In this document: positions 1 through 11,149 of the stretch, piece after piece
Layout: each line of letters starts with the position of its first letter
Numbering within the stretch: the stretch's first letter is position 1
NCBI GenBank assembly: GCA_008632985.1
Contig: QPGO01000041.1
Location: 434,001 to 498,000 of the forward strand
DNA: 64,000 nucleotides
Direction of reading: 5' to 3'
Source: Psammoneis japonica
Lineage: Eukaryota
Position numbers and translations under genes: made by a program
Notes under the pieces: model-generated
Databases searched by the model: none
The model's input: only the letters and a program-made list of their open reading frames with translations
What the model was told of the DNA's origin: nothing

Positions 1-1059
1 CGCTCTTGTGACACGGAATGACAAGGCCAATCTTGTTGAGAAACTCTCGATTGTCATCATCGGGTGTCTCGTCCACCTGTTCCGGTTTGAATCGGACACA
101 CAGCGCCACCATGAGCGAGACATAAAACTCAAACCCCACGACAATGATAAAGCGCGGAGTCGAGCTGCCGGCCAAGTACGGTTCCCATAACCATTCAAAT
201 GGCGTTCTGCACGCTCCCGAGGGCAAGCAAAACGGCCATGACATGATGGCAAGCATGATAGCGTAAAAGGTGTAGCAAAGCACAACCCGTTTCCAATCTG
301 CCTTGTCCCACGTTAAGCGCATCTCGACTCGTCTTGCTTATTGCGTTAATATGACATGAGCGAGTCGTCGCCAATGGCGCTGTGGTCAAAAACGGTCGTT
401 TCTCTGAATATGATGAATTGAAACAGACTGCAATATGGGCGTGTCGTTCCCAATCAATATAACGCTGCTGCGTGTCTCTCTGTCTCTTTATCTCTCTATG
501 TTGTCGGCGATCGAAATGGACAGCGATGCGTTTCGTCAAAATGGACAGAAGTATGGTTTAGCGTCGTGGCACGATGCTGAGAGTTTCCACGACCAGCTAC
601 AGTACGTACGGTGGTTGGCGTTTGCAGTCACATTTTGTCGAAACCCGTTTCGGGATGGGTCATTATGGTATGGTGGTTACGCGTCGCCGCGGTCTGTCTG
701 TACGACTGTTTCTACGCCATCTTGGATCGGCATTACATCAGTCATTGATCAAATAATGACCGGACGAACATTGACGTACTGTATTTGAAATATTTTTGTT
801 TTAAAAGACGAATAAGATTTATGCAAGTATTCATATTCATGAGTATAAATCTTTGTATGATGTGAATGTGTCTTTCAACATATGCATGGGTCATTGTTCA
901 GTCCCGCACGACAGCTCATCACTCATTTTCTTCGCGAACCGACGCGACCACCAACGACTGAACTTTCGTTCTGCCCATTCTCGCGGGACACCTTTGATTT
1001 TTGATGAGACTGCGCACCAGGGCATCTCCAGGCGCAGGGAGGCGGGGGTCTATCTGTGC

Positions 1060-2960
1060 GATTCTTCCCACACAATTTTTGTGCACCAGTCTTTGTGAAC
1101 CAGACCAAATGACCACAAGAACATCATTTGAAACTGACAAAAATTGAAGAGAAAGTGGGTGAAAGAAAACAACAACTCCTCACTGCTGTTTGTGTGGCAG
1201 ATGAGGCACCGGGATGACGAAGTGTGCATTTGTGCCCATGGGCAAAAAGTGCCCTGCCATGCAAAAGGCACACGGAAAACTGTGCCCTGCTGGGTGGTTT
1301 GCTTCTTCGCAGAGCGTGCCCGGCAAGCGATGAGTGCCAGCCACGTGCACAATCCCGCGTGCTCTGGAGGCCCTTTGACAGCAATTCCCTCCAACTCGAG
1401 TTTGTTTTCAAATCATCAAGAAAACACACAAGCAACCATGAGCCATGAGCTGCTCTCCTGCCCACTCCCACCCCTTCCACCAGCCACAACACAAAACACC
1501 TGCCAGTGCAGAAGAGTTGCTTGCATCGCACAGCAAAGAAGGCAATGACATTTTTGGCCTGATGGCTTCTCAAAAAGCACCTGCTGCTGGTGCAAGCAAC
1601 AAAAGGCTGCTGTTGTTACCAAGGCAGATGCACTGGCCGTCAGGTGGTGAAGGACATTTTTTGTGCTTCAGTTTCTTGGAGTGCATTTGTTTTGCCTGAA
1701 TTTGCCCTCAGTCATGTCATTTTGTTGAAGTCTGACTCTGTCATGCATTTTCAAATTAAATGCACTGGCACTCTTCAAAGGCAAACCTCTGGAAGGAGCA
1801 TTCAGCATTTTTGTTGCTCGTCAATCACCTGCATTGAGTGCCAACAAAACAAGTCATCCAAGGACAAAGCGTGGCGTGACTGCTGCAACGAATCAGTGAG
1901 CTCCAAGAATGATGCCATCAAGTTGGGAGTGGTGATGGAAAACATCATTTTGCTGTTGTTCCACAAAAGAAAATTGTGAAAAGATGCAGCTGGTGAGTGC
2001 AATGATGGCAGAAATGCAGCCAGAGAATGGCGACTCATTTCCAAAAATCTGTGTGACAAACTGAAAGCTTGTTCAAATCCTGTCATCAGAAACACTCAAA
2101 AACACAGTGAAATTTGTTGGAACATTAGTGCGCTCATGAGTGAGCATGCCTTTGCATGGCAAATGGTGTCTTTTCACATGCACGGGTCATTGTTCAGTCC
2201 TGCATGACAGCTGCTGCTGATTTTTGTAACCCATTTCTGTGAAAAAAACTGTTTGTGTCCTTCTTTTGGCCACTCCTCCATTGATCATGTCACTCTTGGG
2301 GTGCTTTGTTGTGGTGTTTTGTTCTGCACTGAACTGACACCTCAACACACTGCAACCAAATTTGGCTGATCCTGTCCTCCACAGCCTTTTTGGTGAGCTG
2401 GGCTGCTGGGCTGGCTGGCAACATTTGAACATTTCTTTCCCAAAAGTGTGCATCTTTGTGCATGGAACCTGTGCATTTTCAGTGCTGCACAAAATTGTGC
2501 ATGTGAATGGTTTGGCTTTTGGGCCATGGGGTGGCCTGCAGCTTGATGGTTTTCACAGACCCCGACACTTCTGGCTGCACTCAGTTCCATGTGTGAGCAT
2601 CTCTGGATTTCATTGGCTTTTTCTGCATGCATCCCACTCATTTGGCTGCAGTCTTTGTGAACGGAATCATGATTGCTGTGACAGCCACACCCCTGAGGTG
2701 GCTGGACCCTGGCTGTTGCCACAGAAAGAAAAGAGCCAGCCCAATTTGCAAAACAGAGAACCAAGCAGCATGAAGACATGTGGTGACATCCTGCATTTGT
2801 TGTGCACTGACTGACGTTGAGTTTGTCATTTCTCCCATGGTTTGCATTTGGCACTCTCATGCAAAAATCGTGAGAGCTTTCTTGCAAACAGCAACAATCA
2901 CAGATGTTCAAACCCAAAGGCCCGCAATGCCGCACTTGAAGAAATGACGTTGAGCACAGA
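1060..2960. mobile_element. Degenerate repeat/TE-derived block (TpA- and CpG-depleted), family unassigned
   Basis: TA is nearly absent and TG/CA is in excess. Many overlapping Cys/His/Gln-rich ORFs occur on both strands. A segment at ~2137-2212 is a mutated copy of ~839-916. Confidence 0.55.
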
Positions 2961-3176
2961 GTGACATTGCAGACTGGCTATGAGGTGGCCCGGGGGGGGG
3001 TGCGAAGCGCGCGTCGGACGTCGGAGGGAGTTCTTTATTCTCGGGGCTATAAGGCTTATCTCCAACATCTTCATCTTGCATCTATCGCATTGAAGGCATC
3101 ACACCGTTGCTCCGTTGTTGTATTGCTGATCGACTGACCCTCCATCAACCCCTCTACTACTGCCTGATATCTGAAC

Positions 3177-4334
3177 ATGTCTAAAAGAGAAGATGATCCA
3201 GGATTTGTCCTGTTCTATGAGGGCTGTGATCCACGCCTCAAAGCTCCGTTCTGTGTTGGCTGCAACATGAAAAAGAAGGATGAGATCGTCTTACTTTCAG
3301 CGCGCGAAAACAAGCAACAATCGCTGAAACAGTGCAGTGGCTGCAAACTCGTTTACTATTGTTCGCGTGACTGCCAGGTAGAGGACTGGAAGAACCACAA
3401 ACAGCTCTGCAAGAAGTTTAAGAAACTTCGTGCCAATGTCGCTCATGAAGCCAGCAAGATCCAGACAGCCTTGATGAATCCAGATCTGGTTGGACACTTT
3501 TGGAATCACGAGGTTGGCTTCACGTATCTAAAGGCGAAGTTCGATCTTGCTCTCGAGTTGCATCCGGTTGCCTATAACTTAAATATCCTTCGACACTGGG
3601 AGGAAATAATCCGACACGTTCAACAGGTCTTGAGACTCGGCCATTTAAATATCGGCGATGATCTAGGAGCTAACGTCAAGTTTCCACTCTACTTGATCAA
3701 CTTGGGTCATCTGGACAAGGCCTATTCGGTATGTCGTTACATGATAAGACGACAGTCGGAATCTAGCCAGACTGACTTGGAGATTCAGAAGGGAACTATG
3801 GAAGGAGATTGGATGTATCCATGTGAACCACACTGCCGATTCAACGACATCCAAGAAGATTGTCCCGAAGCCGACTTAACTACGATGCATGAGCACCATC
3901 TGGTGGCTATCTGGCTCATCAAGAGGAAAATCATGTCAATGGCCTACGTTGCGGAAAAAGCATGGTTGTGGTTCTTAGAAACGGACTTTGGCGAGCAGTT
4001 CAATGAGCACATGGATGTCGGCTTTGAGATCATGGGCTTTCTCTACGATAGGGGCTCCTGTCAAACATGGCAGGACTTTCGACGTCAGTTTTGCGCTCAA
4101 GATGCTCAGCTGACCCGCATTTCTGACATCATTGACGGCGTTAATCCTCATATTTTCCCCTTCATGATTGAGTTTTGCCAGGAACAAAACCTGAGACAAC
4201 GAACGTACGATGACGGCGAGGACAAGTTCTTTGCTTGGGCTGCTGTGAATGATTGTAGTTATTCCCTCTTGACTCTACCGGGCCTTCAGGATTGGCTGAT
4301 TCAGTTCATGGGACGGCGAGGTGAGAGACGTTAA
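3177..4334 (+). CDS. MYND-type zinc finger protein (385 aa)
   Basis: CVGC...CSGCKLVYYCSRDCQVEDWKNHKQLC matches the MYND finger. Intact ATG-to-TAA ORF with normal composition. Confidence 0.88.
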   Translation: MSKREDDPGFVLFYEGCDPRLKAPFCVGCNMKKKDEIVLLSARENKQQSLKQCSGCKLVYYCSRDCQVEDWKNHKQLCKKFKKLRANVAHEASKIQTALMNPDLVGHFWNHEVGFTYLKAKFDLALELHPVAYNLNILRHWEEIIRHVQQVLRLGHLNIGDDLGANVKFPLYLINLGHLDKAYSVCRYMIRRQSESSQTDLEIQKGTMEGDWMYPCEPHCRFNDIQEDCPEADLTTMHEHHLVAIWLIKRKIMSMAYVAEKAWLWFLETDFGEQFNEHMDVGFEIMGFLYDRGSCQTWQDFRRQFCAQDAQLTRISDIIDGVNPHIFPFMIEFCQEQNLRQRTYDDGEDKFFAWAAVNDCSYSLLTLPGLQDWLIQFMGRRGERR

Positions 4335-4662
4335 AGTCCGCTTCGGTCCATCCTGAAGGCTGTTGTGACCTTTGCATTGTTACCGCCACGGGAGAGAAGC
4401 TCTCCCCGATACCTCGGACATTCACCAAACAGAAGAAGTAAATGTAGTTGACCATTTTGATAAATACTATATCGTGTACTTCGGTTAGGCTAGTGGACGA
4501 TGGAAGGCACTGGCGAGCATGGACGAATCATCCAGAGGCGCTTCAATCTGATAGCCATGAAACGAACAATGCTCGTTGATGTGAATCGCGACAAGTACGT
4601 GCTGTTTCTTCTCGTTTAATTAGTCTTATACGTAGGCACACAATGATTCCTATGACCCCTCT

Positions 4663-5549
4663 CTAAGCCGCTTTGGCCCTGGAAATGTTTTGTTTGGGCT
4701 CAACATGGGTGTGTTGATCTGCAGAAGAGACGAGGGATTTGTTGCGAAAGTGTGGGCAAAGCGAAATGTCAGCACCAAAGTGTTTCGTTTTCGTGCTTGT
4801 CATGGGGCAAAAACGAGGGACCGTTTCCAAGTAATCAACATACTCTTGACCAATCTCGTTCTTCAATGAAGGCTCTTCTAAAAGGATAACCGCAGAAAGA
4901 ATGTAAATCGTATTGACTGTCGACAAGAGCAAATGTGGCATTGTCATGATGGGCGTGGCCCACAGAAATGTGAGAATACCAGTCATGATTGGATGCGCAA
5001 CAATGGCGTAGTGCCAACGCGCGACAAGCTTGTTTCGGCGTTTCTTTGGAGCAAGTCCGACGCGCTTGTTGATATCACAGCCCATGCTCGAAAGTGGTCC
5101 AGGGCAAAGGAGGCGGTCACCAAGAATAAGAATCCGGTTCCAAACAAGGCGTAGATGGGTGTCGTCACGACACTTGAAACATCCCAAACATTGGGAGCTT
5201 CAAAGTTTTGCCAATAATGCATTTGTGCATGTAAAAGTGCTCCCGACTGAAACACAAAGATTGAGCGCTCGATACAGTTTGGTAGTTTGTGGATCTTTTT
5301 CGTAGTCTCACGTGCCAAAGTCGAATGAGGAATGGAAAACAGCAGAATAAGACCAATGTCAATGAGAATGCTCCTGAACATACTGTCATATGTTTTGGCA
5401 GCATCGATACTGTAAGGAATGATTCCTTTAAGAAAGGATGGGAGGGAATCGGTTGGAATGAGAAATGCCCAATACGACGACAATGACAGGAGGCCGTAGA
5501 GGTATGCGACTATTGCAAAGGCAGCGGTGAAGAGATTTGCGTGAATCAT
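4663..5549 (-). pseudogene. MddA (methanethiol S-methyltransferase)/Nurim-like ICMT-fold membrane methyltransferase, frame-disrupted near 5090
   Basis: Two overlapping ORFs carry consecutive family motifs. The first has LFSIPHSTLAR, IERSIFV and SFALDHF; the second has HYAIVAHPIMTG...LWATPIMT and LEEPSL...GQEYVDYLETVPRFCP. The ELFGLxQ segment expected after DHF is missing and there is no room for an intron. Confidence 0.7.
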
Positions 5550-6054
5550 TTCCAGTTTTATTTTTGATCGAGAGGGGAAGAAGAAGTTGAAATTGTGAGA
5601 CCCTCGTTTATCTTAGACCCTACTCTTCTCATTTTTTGGAGCGAGTGGTATCCTGCATGACCACCTCGTGGCCAAGGCCTGCACGAGAACAGTGAGGAGC
5701 GTTCCAATGGGAATTTCAGTCACGAGTGCATACCAACGCCCTGTAGAAATGTACGTGTGCTCATGCACGACCCAAGCGCGATGTTGTTGGATCCTGGATC
5801 TGGATTCATTTTATCATGCATGGCTCGATCTTGAAACAGCGGCGGGATGCGTGTTGCTCTTCAGAAGAAATAGGAAACAGCGATGATTTTGATTAGCTTT
5901 CGCGGAATCGTATTGAACATGCTCGCAATGAGACTAGGGATTGAGAGGAGCGAGCTATACCGATTTCCGTACGAAAATCACGAAACGAAACATTCACACG
6001 TTTTCTACTTTTTTTATGTGTTGTATTCTGACGAATCGATCCCCCGATTTCTTC

Positions 6055-7722
6055 TTACTCCATCGGCCAACTGTCGTTAAGATCAATCACAGCTTCCTCT
6101 AAGAGCATCTCTTCTGTCTCAACCAAATCAAAAATGCCGTTCCCACTCGTGGATATATCTACTAGTTGCTCCATGTGCATTTCAAGGCTGGCCTCATTCA
6201 TGAAATCTCCGCCAAGGAGCTCTTCATCCTCGGTGACAAGTCTCGGCAATTCCATGAGCTCCGCTTCATCCCATTCTAGAGCAGATACTTCTCGGGGCTC
6301 TTGCATTTCTTCGACACGAAACTCTTCATCATCAAGCATGCCAATTTCTGGCAACGACAAAAGTTCCTCTGCGTTCCAGTCCGTCGTCTCTTCTGGAGAC
6401 TTGGGTTTGTCTTGGTCGAATTGAAGACCTTCCTTCTCTAGCAAGTCTTCCATGGAATCGATAAATTCCTCATCGTCACGCGCAAGTGGAGAGAATCGTG
6501 TCATAACGACTGGTTTCTCCTTTTTGCTCTTGCTGGGCTGGCGAGTACGACGCTTCTTCACTTTGACGTCCTCCTTCTTCTTGTTGCTGCTTTCCTCAGC
6601 GACAGGACCGGGCGCCATGGGAACCATGTATCCAAGATCCAACTCTTGAAGCATGCAGCGCTCCACCAAATCCGAATCACTGCAAGGCTCCGTAAGAATA
6701 GCGTTGTAGTGCTGTTCGACGAGCTCGGCGGAATGAACGTGGCCATGCTGTTGTAACGTCTCTTTGAGCCACCGCGTCTTGTTTAGAAACAAGTGAATCA
6801 ACTCGTGCATCATACTGAACACCTCGGGCTCAGAGAATCCGTCATGATGAAGATTCATTGCCTTCGAGAGTTCTTCAGAAACGTCCATTTCAAATTCCAA
6901 CAGTGTCTTGTACTCAAACGTCTTGGTTTTGGCTATAATTGTGTTCCAATTACCGAAAGATTGATAAAAAAGAAACGGAAAGACCTCGTGTTTGCGAATG
7001 GTAGAGAGGAGGTCGAGACAACCCATTTGAACCGTGGCGTCCATCAACGGATTGACTGATACTGTGCGATAGGGCTGCGGTGGTTGCGGAATGTTCGTTA
7101 GCGGAGACTGCTTTTTGCGACGGGGACGACGTTTCTTGGCGCCTTGATCGGAAGGCGTCTGCATGAGAGCCGCGACACGCTCGGTAGTAAAGAGCTTCTT
7201 GGTGGGAGTAGTCTCAACCACGCGATTGTCAGCAAGCGTAGCTGGCGTCGTAGGTTTACGCGTCTTTTTGACTTGATTGACGGGAGAAACGACGCGGATA
7301 TCGTCACGGAGGCGGATCGGCTTTGGACTTTCTAGAACAACAACCTCCTCGTCTTCCATCTTGTCAAACGTGAGACACTGCTTCTTGTTGGGAACGGCCG
7401 TTGGCGAAACCGCATGGGGCTCCTTTCTTCGGTTCGATGGGATGGTGCGCATGTCCCCAACCGCTGCACAGCGCGACATGTGATGCTCTTGGACGACAAG
7501 AGATGAAAGCTTGACGGGCGTAACGACGTTCTGCGACTTGGATGTGATTGCGGGATCGACGGCGTTACCGCTTGCATTGACGTTATCGCCTTGTACAAGA
7601 CGACGAAAAACGTCGTTCCGGTTGTCCATCCTACCACTCACGCCCGGCATCATGAGACTATGCTCCGAGATTGGATCGCAGTGATTGCTTCCGTTCTTGT
7701 TCATGGTGATCGATTGTTTCAT
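6055..7722 (-). CDS. Hypothetical nuclear protein (555 aa) with a degenerate bromodomain-like segment and an acidic C-terminus
   Basis: Long intact ORF with basic NLS-like runs (KKRRPRRKK, KKRRTR). CLDLLSTIRKHEVFPFLF...WNTIIAKTKTFEYKTLLEFEMDV resembles bromodomain helices. Confidence 0.7.
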   Translation of the reverse strand: MKQSITMNKNGSNHCDPISEHSLMMPGVSGRMDNRNDVFRRLVQGDNVNASGNAVDPAITSKSQNVVTPVKLSSLVVQEHHMSRCAAVGDMRTIPSNRRKEPHAVSPTAVPNKKQCLTFDKMEDEEVVVLESPKPIRLRDDIRVVSPVNQVKKTRKPTTPATLADNRVVETTPTKKLFTTERVAALMQTPSDQGAKKRRPRRKKQSPLTNIPQPPQPYRTVSVNPLMDATVQMGCLDLLSTIRKHEVFPFLFYQSFGNWNTIIAKTKTFEYKTLLEFEMDVSEELSKAMNLHHDGFSEPEVFSMMHELIHLFLNKTRWLKETLQQHGHVHSAELVEQHYNAILTEPCSDSDLVERCMLQELDLGYMVPMAPGPVAEESSNKKKEDVKVKKRRTRQPSKSKKEKPVVMTRFSPLARDDEEFIDSMEDLLEKEGLQFDQDKPKSPEETTDWNAEELLSLPEIGMLDDEEFRVEEMQEPREVSALEWDEAELMELPRLVTEDEELLGGDFMNEASLEMHMEQLVDISTSGNGIFDLVETEEMLLEEAVIDLNDSWPME

Positions 7723-8042
7723 GCACGCAACACGAACAGAAAAGTGAAAAAGCGTTGGTCTCCTCGTCGTGGCAACGACATGATTTGTGAGCAGGTTTGC
7801 ATCGCCGTTACTCTGACTTCAGTATCGTCTTATGTAGATGCTACGTAAAAGGACGTCATCGACCGTTACCCACGCGTGATCACGTAGAATCTACATAGAT
7901 TTTCTACTATATTTGGTAACTGTCGGACAACGACTTTTTGTGGAGGGAAATCTATAACTATTTATAGATAACGAATACAAGTATGAAATTATCAAAATCA
8001 TGCAAGGTGCTCGGTGGCGACACTCCGACGACCTCTCCAACC
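7723..8042. promoter_or_regulatory. Probable bidirectional promoter between the 555-aa gene and RRP6
   Basis: The two starts diverge ~320 bp apart. The spacer has AT-rich TATA-like words (ctataactatttatagata ~7952-7970). Confidence 0.45.
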
Positions 8043-10934
8043 ATGAGCGGCCATGACGACAGCGCCGTTCAACAAGACAAGCCGTCGCTTGCCAAACTCC
8101 TGTCTTCGTTGGCTCTGGGTGCTCGCGCTGTTCACGGATTGCCCTTGGAGGACGACTTTCACTTTCAAAATTCCTTTCCCGAGTTTGCCTCGCTCTCACA
8201 AGAATGTCGGCAAGAGCTGCTGCAAACGCTGGCCATTTCCCTCGAAGATCCGTCCCTGGTGGAAGCGTCCACTAGCGATTCACTCGATCCGCACTTGTGG
8301 GAAAGATGTGCGGATGCTTGTGATGCACTGGTGGAAAAGGTAGAAGCCTATCTCGAACGATCCACCAACGCCACCCAACCGATTGAACAATGGTCCGACA
8401 AGGCGCGACAACAGGCACAGCATTCTCATGGACGCGTAGTGGCGTCTCTTGTCGAAATGGAAAAGCCTCAAATCACTCATCACATTAAGGTTCAAAACAA
8501 TCGTCTTGAGCCCTTTGTGCCCAATGTTACCACAAAGCACCACGCGGTTGTGCCGCTTTCGCTCGAGCCTGTTGAGGGACACGGATTGGATACGAGATTT
8601 GGTGATTTGCGGCGCAGCAATGTGGTTGCGTCCGACCTAGTGGCACCATCACACCATGTTCCTCATCCCTATCAGCAAGAGATTGCTTCGCTCGAGTATC
8701 AACCGTGGCAGCTCGAGGCACCGTCCCAAAAGCCTCCGCCCATCAAAGCGGCCGACCATCTAGACGCGTCGTGGGTGGATACGAGAGAAGGACTCGACGA
8801 TTTGCTTGATCAATTAGAGGGCGTTCAGGAAGTTGCGATCGACTTGGAAGCCCACTCTTACCGCAGCTTTTCCGGGATGATCTGCCTCATGCAAATGACT
8901 TTTCAGAAGGACGAAAATTTGTCGACCTACTTGGTGGATACGCTTGCGCTGTGGCACGACATGGAGGCATTGGCACCTCTGTTTGCCGACCCGACGGTTG
9001 TCAAGGTGATGCACGGGGCAGACTGGGATGTGCAGTGGCTGCAACGAGATTTTGGCATTTACATTGTCAATCTGTTTGACACGGGACGTGCTGCGCGAGC
9101 GTTGGGGCTGTCGTCGGCTGGATTGGCGTTTCTGTTGCAAAAATACGTGGGAGTCGAAACGGACAAATCATTCCAGTTATCGGATTGGCGACAACGGCCA
9201 CTGTCAGAAGAAATGACAAAGTATGCCACCATGGATACTCACTACCTGTTGGATATTTACAATCGCCTCAAGTGGGATTTGAATGCTCATCCCGATCCGA
9301 ACGTGAGTATCGAGGCGGTCTTGGATATGAGTCGCAAGATTTGTTTGATTCGCTACGACAAGGAACCCTTCAAGCCCATGGCGTACAAGTTGCTCATGAA
9401 TAGCACTCGCAGCAAAAGTTCCAAGAAACGATCCGAACTAACGAGCAAGCAGGAACGCGTCTTGGCAGCCTTGTTTGATTGGCGTGATCAAACGGCGCGA
9501 GAAGCAGACGAGTCCATTGCGTTCGTCTGCGGCAATCAGGGTCTTTTGCGTTTGGCGCTGTCTTGTCCAACAACGCTGACACTACTCCAAACATGTTTGA
9601 ATCCCATGCCACCCTTAGTCTTGCAGGGCGCCCAAGACATTGTGAATCGCATCAAGGTTGCTATTGCTCAAGACGCTTCCTCGTCCTTTGCGCCGTCGTC
9701 CGCCTTTTTCAAGCCAGCCGAGGCAGAGGACACTGTCGATGACGATGAGCTCCGCCGAGCCACGGGAGTGAGTCCAGTGTTGGGAACCGAAGCACTCTAC
9801 AAGCAAGCCGGATGGATGACACCGCAGCAGCAGCAGCAAGCGGTGTCTCCCACTGGCAGCAACAACAAAGCGTCGACTTTGGAAGTGGTGAATACCACTA
9901 CGACAGACGAGGATGAAGATTTAGATCCCACGACATCCAAGCCACGCAATTTGCTTATGGTACACTCGGACAACAAGGATTATCGTTCCACAAACAATTA
10001 CACCATGCACAGTTTAGGAATGGGGAAAGAAGATCAAAAGGAAGCCAGCGACGGACTGGGTTCTGCACGAGCCGCATTGGAAGTAAGTGACGAAACCGTT
10101 GCGCCACGTCTGCAAGAAGAATCGGAGCGAGCCAAAGAGAGCGCTACGCGGATCCGCATGGACATGGCCAACAAAACACAAGACTTGTTAGGTGTCACTG
10201 CGGCTTTGGAACAAACCACCAGTGCCGAGGAAGAAGAGGAAGACGATGAAGAGATCAATAAGGAACACGACAGCGACGATGATTTTGAAATTCCAAAGAG
10301 TATGAAGGAAATCTACAAAATTAGCAATCGTAACCGACGAAAAAACAAGAAGTCGGCGTCGTCCCGCGAAAGCAACAATGACAATACGGTGGCTCATTCG
10401 CAGCCCAAACCATCTGACACGCTGGAGGGTGCCGAGGCCATCCTGGCAACGGCTGGGTTGGATGGTAAGGGTTACTTTGACGGTGCTGCGGATTCGAAAC
10501 GTCAGCGAACACAAGACGATGCCACCGCCAAGTCCACCAAGTCAAGAAGTGACGATATTCGATTCATGCAACAGATTGGATGGATCAAGGACAAACAAGA
10601 AGCACAAGACTTGCTTTCCACAGAACGCCAACGACACGGCAATGATGGAGAAATTGCTGCTATTGACGTGGCTAAGGATAGTACGGACGATGCGAAATCT
10701 CCAGCCTTTGATTATGCATCTGTGGGAAATATTGGTGTGTTTCATCCGAACGCAGCAGGCACCAATAATAATCCTTTTTTCAGCGGTGCCGCCATGGCAG
10801 GTGGCGGTCCCTTGACGTCACCACAACCGACGCGTTCCCCCAGGAAGAAAAAGGACGGTAAGCCGTCGCGTGGCGTCAAACAAGAACGCCCGGAAAAGAA
10901 GGATGGACGGAGCTTCATCTACAAAAAACGGTAG
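8043..10934 (+). CDS. RRP6: Nuclear exosome 3'-5' exonuclease RRP6/EXOSC10 (PMC2NT-like region, DEDDy exonuclease, HRDC)
   Basis: Motifs VAIDLEAHSYRSFSG, MHGADWDVQWLQRDFGIYIVNLFDTG, LSDWRQRPL and YATMDTHYLL, plus HRDC LFDWRDQTAREADES. Start placed at ATG 8043; the ORF is open from 7983. Confidence 0.95.
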   Translation: MSGHDDSAVQQDKPSLAKLLSSLALGARAVHGLPLEDDFHFQNSFPEFASLSQECRQELLQTLAISLEDPSLVEASTSDSLDPHLWERCADACDALVEKVEAYLERSTNATQPIEQWSDKARQQAQHSHGRVVASLVEMEKPQITHHIKVQNNRLEPFVPNVTTKHHAVVPLSLEPVEGHGLDTRFGDLRRSNVVASDLVAPSHHVPHPYQQEIASLEYQPWQLEAPSQKPPPIKAADHLDASWVDTREGLDDLLDQLEGVQEVAIDLEAHSYRSFSGMICLMQMTFQKDENLSTYLVDTLALWHDMEALAPLFADPTVVKVMHGADWDVQWLQRDFGIYIVNLFDTGRAARALGLSSAGLAFLLQKYVGVETDKSFQLSDWRQRPLSEEMTKYATMDTHYLLDIYNRLKWDLNAHPDPNVSIEAVLDMSRKICLIRYDKEPFKPMAYKLLMNSTRSKSSKKRSELTSKQERVLAALFDWRDQTAREADESIAFVCGNQGLLRLALSCPTTLTLLQTCLNPMPPLVLQGAQDIVNRIKVAIAQDASSSFAPSSAFFKPAEAEDTVDDDELRRATGVSPVLGTEALYKQAGWMTPQQQQQAVSPTGSNNKASTLEVVNTTTTDEDEDLDPTTSKPRNLLMVHSDNKDYRSTNNYTMHSLGMGKEDQKEASDGLGSARAALEVSDETVAPRLQEESERAKESATRIRMDMANKTQDLLGVTAALEQTTSAEEEEEDDEEINKEHDSDDDFEIPKSMKEIYKISNRNRRKNKKSASSRESNNDNTVAHSQPKPSDTLEGAEAILATAGLDGKGYFDGAADSKRQRTQDDATAKSTKSRSDDIRFMQQIGWIKDKQEAQDLLSTERQRHGNDGEIAAIDVAKDSTDDAKSPAFDYASVGNIGVFHPNAAGTNNNPFFSGAAMAGGGPLTSPQPTRSPRKKKDGKPSRGVKQERPEKKDGRSFIYKKR

Positions 10935-11149
10935 TGAATTGAAATGGGAAACTCTGTATTTTATTGAAAGCGGTGAGATGGAATCTAGCTAGGATAGTGC
11001 TACATTTAATCTCCTGGTAGCTAGCTACAAGACTGCTATTACTAGACACCACTGGCATCACGCCCTTCCTTCCACCTCCAAGCACGAAATCGGGGTCGGT
11101 CAACGAGCACGGTAACAACTCGCGCACTCTTGTTGAACACCAATGTGGA

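Noticed and set aside
1..800. Short ORFs at the window start (e.g. 435-788)
   Set aside because: No recognisable motif. Could be a gene remnant but cannot be supported.
1060..2960. Alternative genetic code to explain Tyr-free ORFs
   Set aside because: Neighbouring intact genes use TAT/TAC and standard stops, and the depletion is independent of frame and strand.
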